Assembly: GCA_030615965.1 (NCBI GenBank)
Contig: JAUWYE010000001.1
Coordinates: 1 to 46,351, forward strand
DNA: 46,351 bases
Direction: 5' to 3'
Source: Dehalococcoidia bacterium
Lineage (GTDB): Bacteria > Chloroflexota > Dehalococcoidia > GIF9 > AB-539-J10
Positions 1-7,291 of the stretch are shown here, piece by piece. The notes under the pieces are model-generated. The model worked only from the letters and a program-made list of their open reading frames with translations, ran no database searches and was not told where the DNA came from. The number at the start of each line of letters is the position of its first letter. Within the stretch, counting starts at the first letter, position 1. A program made the translations under genes and the position numbers.

Positions 1-262
1 ACTTGTTTTGCTCGAGGTTGAGTTGTGGTCAGATGCCACAGGTGTTAGGATGACGCGTTTGATGAACATAAAGACAATCAGCAAACTGATGAGTTTGCTT
101 GAGGCGCGATACGCAAGGGGATGATAGAGCTTCTCCACTTCTGGCGAGGTTTTTGACCCACGAGCCGGTTATGTGAGGGCCTATGATCGCACGAAACAAG
201 ATCGAAGGACATGAGATCGCTGCTCACGAGGTCACAAAACAGGCTAATGTGCAATGTCACCG

Positions 263-571
263 TCAGGTATACTCTGCACCTCCGCTTCGCCGCCTCGTTG
301 CCCATACTGCCACTGCAACCAGCGCCAACAAGCCTACTATGGCCATCTTCTCGGCCGGAGTAGTGTTGACGACTACGGTGCTCATGGCCACAGCGGGCAA
401 TAGCCCAGCCCTCGCTACTGGTTTCAGGCTGGAATACTCAGTTACAAACTCAGCAATTAGTTGCCTGCCGCTGTAACGGCAACAAAACCTTAAAGGCGAG
501 GCTCGCCCCGCGGAACCTGATAGGCTTAATTACTATTGCGTCCCGGAATTCCCGAATTTCCCGGGTGCAAT
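263..571 (-). pseudogene. decayed remnant of a C-terminal membrane-anchor module, the same module as the C-terminus of the 27103..28578 protein; no start codon, internal stops
   Basis: The minus frame reads ...IAEFVTEYSSLKPVARAGLLPAVAMSTVVVNTTPAEKMAIVGLLALVAVAVWATRRRSGGAEYT* (stop at 263-265). This is colinear with ...IAEFITEHPSLKPIVRVGLLPAVAMSAIAVNTAPAEKVAIVGLLVLISVVVAVWATRRRGRGPEYN* at the end of 27103..28578. Further upstream the frame is broken by adjacent TAG and TAA (530-535) and no start codon exists. The + ORF 183..476 is its antisense shadow. Confidence 0.5.
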
Positions 572-1429
572 CTAACTCTCAACTACGATAACCGTTGCCG
601 TGTCTTCGTCAGAGACAACCTTACTAGGATCAACGGAGCAATGAGCACTAGCCGAAAGCTCATTAATATTAGGCCCCAGCTCCACGGCGGTGGCCTTATA
701 TACAATAGCCATGTGCTCTCCCGGCGCTAGGGCTTCTATCTCCTCCAGGTTGAAGACAACCTCTATCTCCATTTCTCCTGGAATAATCTCATCAGGTTCT
801 CCAGGAAACGGCTCTCCATGGTACCAGATAGTGACCTCTTCCGGGTAGTACTCCAGGCCACTGGGCAGGAAGTCTATAATCTGTAGACCAGTGAGATTGC
901 AGCACTTTCCATCGTTTTCAATCTCCAGTCTGAAGTACACGAACTCCCCCAGCTGGGCTTGGGTTTCATCCACGTATTGCTGAGATACATCGTCCCAAAC
1001 CGTCTTCTCCGCGCCTACGCTCACCTTACACGGACACTTACACTCGCACTCCTGACTGTTGCTCCAGGGTGCCTGGCTCTTCCCGTACTTGCCGTTGAAT
1101 GTATTGACTGCGTCTACAGCCGTTACGTTAGCTTCCATCGGGTCTACGTTGCTGTCCTGATTGGTATCAGAAGCCGGGTCTCTTGAATCCTTATCAAAAC
1201 CCTGGGTATAGACACCGCCCCCGCGGTAAGTTGCCCATGATGGAGTGTTTATTGACGTCCCGACTACTGTCCTTCCCTGACCGGTTACCCCCGGGACGTT
1301 AAAGTTGCCAGCATAACACGATTCTATTATCACGCTAACGTGGCAGCATTTCCCCAGTGTTTCACAGTCCTCATCCGGGCAGGCGGGAATTTTAGCCAGA
1401 AGGTTAGCCAAATCTGTAGGCTTTAACAC
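572..1429 (-). CDS. 5'-truncated legumain-like (clan CD, C13-like) cysteine peptidase fragment fused to a DUF11-type repeat domain
   Basis: GTG start. LKPTDLANLL...VSVIIESCYAGNFNVPG...GTSINTPSWA resembles the legumain segment that follows the catalytic His and holds the catalytic Cys. The His-bearing N-terminal half is absent, and only 124 nt separate this start from the upstream gene. The C-terminal GEFVYFRLEIENDGKCCNLTGLQIIDFLPSGLEYY fits the DUF11 repeat pattern. Confidence 0.5.
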   Translation of the reverse strand: MLKPTDLANLLAKIPACPDEDCETLGKCCHVSVIIESCYAGNFNVPGVTGQGRTVVGTSINTPSWATYRGGGVYTQGFDKDSRDPASDTNQDSNVDPMEANVTAVDAVNTFNGKYGKSQAPWSNSQECECKCPCKVSVGAEKTVWDDVSQQYVDETQAQLGEFVYFRLEIENDGKCCNLTGLQIIDFLPSGLEYYPEEVTIWYHGEPFPGEPDEIIPGEMEIEVVFNLEEIEALAPGEHMAIVYKATAVELGPNINELSASAHCSVDPSKVVSDEDTATVIVVES

Positions 1430-1553
1430 CTCTTATACATGATGCCTGCTGTTATTTATGTCTTACCCCCAGAAGGCTTACACTGCATACTATGCTGTGT
1501 GATACGCCATTTTCTTTAGCTATGCGTTAGGTTTGGTGCTGCCAAGCTTGAGA

Positions 1554-3365
1554 CTAGCCTGTCCAATCTTGTCCTACAACAATCATGTCCAAGACATTGA
1601 TAATGCCATCTGGCTTGACGTCTGCCGCGACCCACCCTGGCGGGCCAGTCTCCCCCCAGTGTTGCCCTATTAAAATTATGTCTAGGACATTAACTTTGTC
1701 GTCGCCATTCACATTCCCTAACCTGCCCAGGATAACCTTCCTTTCTTGAGTGACGAACCAGGCTTCGTTGTCAAGGACAACCTTCCAAAAGGGATAATAG
1801 GGAGAGGATGATATTCTCGGTTCCCATGCTAATTCGGCGTTTATGTCTTCCAGATTATCGTTGCTTTTCTCCAATGCCAAATCTATTGCTTCCTGCTTTC
1901 CCACTAGCAAATATTCCACAGGCTCGTTGACCCACGATGCCTCCTTGAAACAACCCTGAGCAGCGTCCAGAACAAGGACTACGGAGGTGAGGTCTTGCCC
2001 CCCTACGTGCTTGGTAAAAGGTATCAGGTAGTAATCGCTGCTCCTCTCTGTGCCCTTTACCCTTACCGGACTGGAGGGCGCAGCCCCTTGCAAGGCTTCC
2101 CTGAAGCTTTCATCCTCCAATAGTGACAGATCAATAACATCTTGCCATGAAAAGTTGACATCCTCATTGGTGAACGCAGGTAGGGCCTCGCTTGCTCCAA
2201 GCATATAGGCAAGTTTCTTTCCCGAGTTGGTTATGCGAAAGTCGGCTATCTCAATTTCCGCTTCACTTGGGTTTTCCGGAGGCTCGCAAACTGCAACATA
2301 TTTACCATCCCAGGAATCACCTGTGCTAAGCGGTAAGAGGTAGGTGCTTTCAAGCTCGCTTGCTGTCTTATAAGAGTTCTCGCCTATTCCTTCTGCTGTT
2401 GGGTCATTTAGCCACAAGCCATAGACGGTAAACGAACTTGCTTCCGAGGGGTCAGCGCTGGCGCTGGCACCTCTCACCACCATCCAGTTCCCATAATTGC
2501 CATATACAGGGACGGCCGCTGGTGTATTTGGCGCAGCTACATCGGGCACTTCATAATCCATCCAGTAGCAAACGTCTCTTAACAAATCGTTAACGCTTGT
2601 TTTTGCTATGATGCCGAAGTTATATTGCTCTGGCTTGTAATTGTTCAAAGTTGCCTGTACACCCTGCGGGTCTATCTCCATGATGCCAGCATTTTCGGGA
2701 GCGTTGTTGGCATGACCGTAGTCGTATAGCTCATCCTGGCTTAATATAGCGTCTCCCCTTACGTAGTCTAGAATCATCTTGCAAGTTGCGGCTGCACTAT
2801 AATGGTCGTGCTCTTTGTGATAAAAGGGGACCGAAATATCTAGCCACCAGCCAATGGTAACACTCCCGTCAGTCACCTTTACAGATACAGGGTCGCCATT
2901 TATATCTCCCACTATGACATTTGATAAGTCGAGTGGCGAAGTGCCACCTGTTATTCCTGCTGTGAAGGTAATCGTGGCAAAAGTTCCCGGCGACGACACC
3001 GTTTCGCCTGGAGTAGTGATAGCCCCAGCTACACCAGTAATGGTTCCTGCCTCATTATCTATAGTCCCAGAAGCAAAATATGTGCTGGCGCCATCTTGAC
3101 TGAGCAGATTTCCCTCTTGCACACTATTCACTGTTACAAGCGAAGCATCGAAACTCAAGTCGAATTGCATGCCAGCTATAGCCACCTTGGGGTCCACCAC
3201 TATTTCCACGGTGAACTCTTCATTCTGCATGACCGATTGACCCTGAGGCGAGACGCTAACCATCGTTTCTTCGTTGGCTGACGTAGGAATAATGAAGCAT
3301 AACCCCAACAACATGACGAGAATTAATGATGATACTAACCAACGACATAGGTTCTCGTGTTTCAT
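1554..3365 (-). CDS. secreted cohesin / C39-like peptidase-like / dockerin protein
   Basis: Signal peptide MKHENLCRWLVSSLILVMLLGLCFIIPTSA. Cohesin-like module FTVEIVVDPKVAIAGMQFDLSFDASLVTVNSVQEGNLL...LDLSNVIVGDINGDPV. The central VPFYHKEHDHYSAAATCKMILDYV resembles papain-fold C39-like domains. The C-terminal dockerin pair is GNVNGDDKVNVLDIILIGQHWG / DVKPDGIINVLDMIVVGQDW. Confidence 0.75.
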   Translation of the reverse strand: MKHENLCRWLVSSLILVMLLGLCFIIPTSANEETMVSVSPQGQSVMQNEEFTVEIVVDPKVAIAGMQFDLSFDASLVTVNSVQEGNLLSQDGASTYFASGTIDNEAGTITGVAGAITTPGETVSSPGTFATITFTAGITGGTSPLDLSNVIVGDINGDPVSVKVTDGSVTIGWWLDISVPFYHKEHDHYSAAATCKMILDYVRGDAILSQDELYDYGHANNAPENAGIMEIDPQGVQATLNNYKPEQYNFGIIAKTSVNDLLRDVCYWMDYEVPDVAAPNTPAAVPVYGNYGNWMVVRGASASADPSEASSFTVYGLWLNDPTAEGIGENSYKTASELESTYLLPLSTGDSWDGKYVAVCEPPENPSEAEIEIADFRITNSGKKLAYMLGASEALPAFTNEDVNFSWQDVIDLSLLEDESFREALQGAAPSSPVRVKGTERSSDYYLIPFTKHVGGQDLTSVVLVLDAAQGCFKEASWVNEPVEYLLVGKQEAIDLALEKSNDNLEDINAELAWEPRISSSPYYPFWKVVLDNEAWFVTQERKVILGRLGNVNGDDKVNVLDIILIGQHWGETGPPGWVAADVKPDGIINVLDMIVVGQDWTG

Positions 3366-3370
3366 ATTAG

Positions 3371-3485
3371 CCTCCTATCCAGTCCAGTGCTGGCCTATTA
3401 TAATCATATCTAGAACGTTAATTACGCCGTCTTTTTTGACATCCTCTGGAATCCATCTCGGAGAGCCAGTCTCTCCCCAATGTTG
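3371..3485. repeat. direct repeat copy 1 (dockerin 3' end, stop codon and downstream RBS)
   Basis: 3371-3445 is identical base for base to 7177-7251 (75 bp). Similarity continues with a few mismatches to about 3485/7291. Confidence 0.9.
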
Positions 3486-6400
3486 TCCCACCCTGATCAT
3501 ATCGAGAACATTAACATAATTATCCCAGTTTACGTCGCAGTCAGGAGGGATTGAACAGTTTGTTTTTACTTGCCAGTACGGATTGTACGTCCGTTCAGCA
3601 AAAATATACCAGGAAACGGCACCGATGTGTAACCTATTATAGTAAACCCAAGGTCCCCAATCATACTCAAACCCTGTTGTAACTCCATCGTGACAGGCTG
3701 CTACTATTCCCTTCTTGTTATTATTATTAGCCGACGTCTGAACTCTACGAAGTTCGCCCAAAAATTCATCTGACTTATCAGAGTCACCCGTAATTTGATA
3801 GGCTACACACATTTGTGCTGTCCCTTCCCACCAAATACCATCTTTGTTATTGCTTGCGTCAACATGGTCAAAACTAAAGTCAAAACCCTTCCAATAGTCA
3901 CCCGCTTCCTTACATGTTGGACAGGGATCTACCTTACAAAAGTTTTCAACCCAAGCAATACCAGCACCGTACTTATCCTCTTTACCTAAACCCATCAGCC
4001 CCCAAGTGTTCACATCAACAGGCAGAATGTCTTTGTTTATTGTCACTCCGTCTTCTAAGGTCCCTGTCCAAAAATGTCGTTCAGGTGCATCCCACATGGC
4101 CTCTACAAATCCTTTTGCGTGAATTGCTCTATCTAGCCAAACATCTTCTTTGGTTATATGGTAGAGCTTCATGAACGCTACATAAACATCGATATTATGC
4201 TCAGTAGATTTCCACAAGAGCTTAGCCTGTCCTTCAGGGTTATTAGCAGTCTCTTCCCATCCTTCATAACCACCTGTATATCCACCAGCTCCCCTGTCGT
4301 CTCTGCATTCCCTCTCGATCCATTCTCCCATCTTTATTGCTGCTTCAAGATATTTTTCCCCACCCTTTTTCTCGTAATAGGAGAGAAGGGCGATCATTGC
4401 CCAACCTAAGTTACCTGTATGCGTACCGACCTGGAACTTATCCTCATACCATTGGTTACTGTTAGGATCCCACCATCCAGGCATCCTCACTGTGTTCTCT
4501 TTTCCATGGGGCTTCCAACCTGGGAATAAGATGAGATCACCTGCTTGATATGCATTTCTCAGGCGGCCATCGTCGAAGTAGCGATCATGGTTTTGTGCAT
4601 AGACAAAAGCATCGGCTATAAGCTTTGCCCGATGCCAATCTTCATCTGAACCTCTGGAAATAAAAGTCAGAAGAGCCAATGCATTATCATATACAAAAGC
4701 TACGTTTTTCATTATTCGATCGAAATCCAGGCTTGAAGGGATGGTCTCATAGCTTGGAAGGAATCGAGGCTCTTCCAGCCGACTTTTATCATATTGAATA
4801 TTATCAAGATAGAAGATAATATCCTCGTTATTATTCTGAGAGGCGCTGCTAACCCAGCCAAAACCACCTATAACGTAGCTTAGATCCTTATTCTTAAGAT
4901 CAATTATGTACTCAGTCCAGATAGTAGAAAGTGTAGTATAGCCTAAGGAAACCTTTGGCGAAGAATCAGGATAAGGCTCTGTAGGCTCTCCAGTCAAAGG
5001 GTTTCTCCCTGCGCCCAATGCAAAGAATTCTACCCTCTCCCCTCCTTTCTTGCCTCTAGCCCAGAAAGTTAATTTAGTCGCCTCAGTTAAATCACATCCT
5101 GCTTCTGGGTGCTCTCCCCAATTAGACTCAGGTTGAGTCTCCTCTCCCTCTAAAACACCGTTCAAGAAATACCAACCTCCCCAGTTAGCACCCTTAGCAT
5201 AAAAACAGTTCTCTATGCAAGTAGCACCAGAATAAGGGTTATTGGTAGAACCTGGATCAATGTCCACCGCATCTTCGTCTCCTTCGCTTGCCATCCTCCC
5301 CAAGCAGACAAAATGATTTCCAGCAGCCGAAAGATCGGTATAGACATCAAAAGAGTTGTGGTATTTATCCATGACTTCATACAGGTGTTCATATGCTTTT
5401 TCTTCATTAATACCATATAAAGCAGCAAGGGTAGATTCTGCAAGCTTATTCTGCGGGGTAAAATCAGTGTTACAGCAACCGCCAGCATCGGAAACGGTTA
5501 ACCAATTCCACCAAAACATCCCTTTAAACCACTTCTTTTCTCCAAAGACATTGATGGCAGCCTCATAACATCTAGCCTGTAAACTACAGTTGCGAGGTTC
5601 AATTCTATCTGAATCCCATGGGCTTTGAGCAGCGTAGTCGATACTTCTATATCCGATCTCGGTAAAAATCACTGGTTTATTAATACTAAGTTGCCAAGCC
5701 TCAATTTCATGGACCCATTTAGTCCACCCATCCATTATCTCTTCAAGCAAGGGATCCCGTGCCTCACTTAAAGGAAAATAGGCATTGATACTAGCGAGAT
5801 CGACTTTATCCCAAAAAGATACATAAGCATACCCATCCCAATTTGCTGCGTAGGTTAATTGACCTTCATAAGTATCCTTGATGCTATCGATGATTGTATT
5901 CCAGTATTGCCTATATGTTTCACTATGCAAACTTTCAAACTCTGTACCTATACAAAAAAACTCAACATCGTTCTCTTGAGCAATCTGGGCATAGTGGATG
6001 ATGAAATTATTATAACTTTCAAACCAAGCATCCTTATCTGAAGGATCAATCTCACCTCGCCAAGTACCATCCTGAACATCAATATGGGGTTTAAGCATTA
6101 CGCTCATTCCTCGTTTATGAATCTCATCAATTGCCTCTATAATTTCAGCTTCTGTATGTGTATTCTTAGGATCAGGAGAAATATCGCTTGAATTCTTATT
6201 TTCCATGTACTGAGTATCTATCAATGCTACATAGTTGGCATTTATTTTCTTAAGCCTGTCTAATGAATTTTCTACGTTTTCAAAGTCATACTGAAAGGTA
6301 TATCCATTTTTTGACCAAGTAACATCATCTAACCACATTTCCCCAGAGAAAGTTCCACCCCAGTTATCATTTGTGCCTATTTTCACTCCGATCATTACTA

Positions 6401-7127
6401 CATTGGTTGGATCAAAGCCGGGGTCCATCCATCCTCCTGGAGGAGCAGCTGTGCTTGGCGTCACCGTCACCTCTTTCCACTTGTTTATATCTTCCCAATA
6501 GATGTCGTGCCAGCCCCCGTAAAAACTTCTCCACTCTCTATCTTTCACAAATAACTGAAGTCCGTTCGGTGCCCAAGAATATCCTTGGATTCCTTCAGGG
6601 CACCATATTCGAGCCGAAATTGTTACGCCACTAAAATCCACAGGTGCAATTATGCAATGAGGTGATTCCGACAAGGGAGGACGATATCGCAAATCAACAA
6701 AGGTTTCTCCATTTCTCTTATGATTTTCAGGATCCTGACCAATGAGCTCAACGGTCAACTCTAACGAAGCTTTACCCTCACAAGGCTTGTTCGCCGTTAT
6801 GGAAACCTCTGTGACTGCTTGGGAATCCCAATAGGTCTGTGGCTCCCAGCTTGTAGAAAAAGGGTAGTCTCCCTTTGTCCAAGAGACATAGGTAATGCCC
6901 TCGTAATCTAAACTATATGTTTTTTTCTCCCACTTAAAATCTTGAGTGTAGTTAGTCTCCCCAAACTCTGGGCAACCTCGCCCAAGCATATGATGATTGT
7001 AAGCAACGCCTTCAACTGTGTTTGTGAAATTGGACAAGGTAGAAGTTGTCCTTAGCTGATCACCATTAAGAAGTTTAGATCCTGATACAACCCCACATCC
7101 GCTACTCACAACCATCACCAAAATCAA
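3375..7127 (-). CDS. dockerin-bearing lipoprotein: clan GH-A-like TIM-barrel glycoside hydrolase plus (alpha/alpha)6-like domain
   Basis: Lipobox VVSSGC. Glycosidase-like glutamates lie in FFCIGTEFESL and VIFTEIGYRS. A six-hairpin-like region follows (GNLGWAMIALLSYYEKKGGEKYLEAAIKMGEWI). The C-terminal dockerin is CDVNWDNYVNVLDMIRVGQHWG / DVKKDGVINVLDMIIIGQHWTG. The track start is TTG at 7127, but the signal-peptide n-region continues upstream (see findings). Confidence 0.75.
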   Translation of the reverse strand: MILVMVVSSGCGVVSGSKLLNGDQLRTTSTLSNFTNTVEGVAYNHHMLGRGCPEFGETNYTQDFKWEKKTYSLDYEGITYVSWTKGDYPFSTSWEPQTYWDSQAVTEVSITANKPCEGKASLELTVELIGQDPENHKRNGETFVDLRYRPPLSESPHCIIAPVDFSGVTISARIWCPEGIQGYSWAPNGLQLFVKDREWRSFYGGWHDIYWEDINKWKEVTVTPSTAAPPGGWMDPGFDPTNVVMIGVKIGTNDNWGGTFSGEMWLDDVTWSKNGYTFQYDFENVENSLDRLKKINANYVALIDTQYMENKNSSDISPDPKNTHTEAEIIEAIDEIHKRGMSVMLKPHIDVQDGTWRGEIDPSDKDAWFESYNNFIIHYAQIAQENDVEFFCIGTEFESLHSETYRQYWNTIIDSIKDTYEGQLTYAANWDGYAYVSFWDKVDLASINAYFPLSEARDPLLEEIMDGWTKWVHEIEAWQLSINKPVIFTEIGYRSIDYAAQSPWDSDRIEPRNCSLQARCYEAAINVFGEKKWFKGMFWWNWLTVSDAGGCCNTDFTPQNKLAESTLAALYGINEEKAYEHLYEVMDKYHNSFDVYTDLSAAGNHFVCLGRMASEGDEDAVDIDPGSTNNPYSGATCIENCFYAKGANWGGWYFLNGVLEGEETQPESNWGEHPEAGCDLTEATKLTFWARGKKGGERVEFFALGAGRNPLTGEPTEPYPDSSPKVSLGYTTLSTIWTEYIIDLKNKDLSYVIGGFGWVSSASQNNNEDIIFYLDNIQYDKSRLEEPRFLPSYETIPSSLDFDRIMKNVAFVYDNALALLTFISRGSDEDWHRAKLIADAFVYAQNHDRYFDDGRLRNAYQAGDLILFPGWKPHGKENTVRMPGWWDPNSNQWYEDKFQVGTHTGNLGWAMIALLSYYEKKGGEKYLEAAIKMGEWIERECRDDRGAGGYTGGYEGWEETANNPEGQAKLLWKSTEHNIDVYVAFMKLYHITKEDVWLDRAIHAKGFVEAMWDAPERHFWTGTLEDGVTINKDILPVDVNTWGLMGLGKEDKYGAGIAWVENFCKVDPCPTCKEAGDYWKGFDFSFDHVDASNNKDGIWWEGTAQMCVAYQITGDSDKSDEFLGELRRVQTSANNNNKKGIVAACHDGVTTGFEYDWGPWVYYNRLHIGAVSWYIFAERTYNPYWQVKTNCSIPPDCDVNWDNYVNVLDMIRVGQHWGETGSPRWIPEDVKKDGVINVLDMIIIGQHWTG

Positions 7128-7176
7128 AAACCCTATGAGAAACTTCCAGACCTTCGTTTTTCCCTTAATGGCATAA

Positions 7177-7291
7177 CCTCCTATCCAGTCCAGTGCTGGC
7201 CTATTATAATCATATCTAGAACGTTAATTACGCCGTCTTTTTTGACATCCTGTAGAATCCATCCTGGAGAGCCAGTCTCTCCCCAATGCTG
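7177..7291. repeat. direct repeat copy 2 (dockerin 3' end, stop codon and downstream RBS)
   Basis: Partner of 3371-3485, with a 75-bp perfect core at 7177-7251. Confidence 0.9.

Noticed and set aside
183-476. 97-aa + strand ORF, and its look-alike 28359..28574 on the minus strand
   Set aside because: Both are antisense translations of the same anchor-module DNA, which explains their mutual similarity (RRLVAHTAT...SAG.VLT). The sense-strand reading matches a real protein C-terminus.
2854-3281. ORFs on the + strand inside the cohesin gene. Similar ones occur at 7317..7742, 7812..8108, 10049..10537 and 14154..14561.
   Set aside because: These are shadow ORFs fully embedded antisense in long, well-supported genes. 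They have no RBS and a low-complexity composition.
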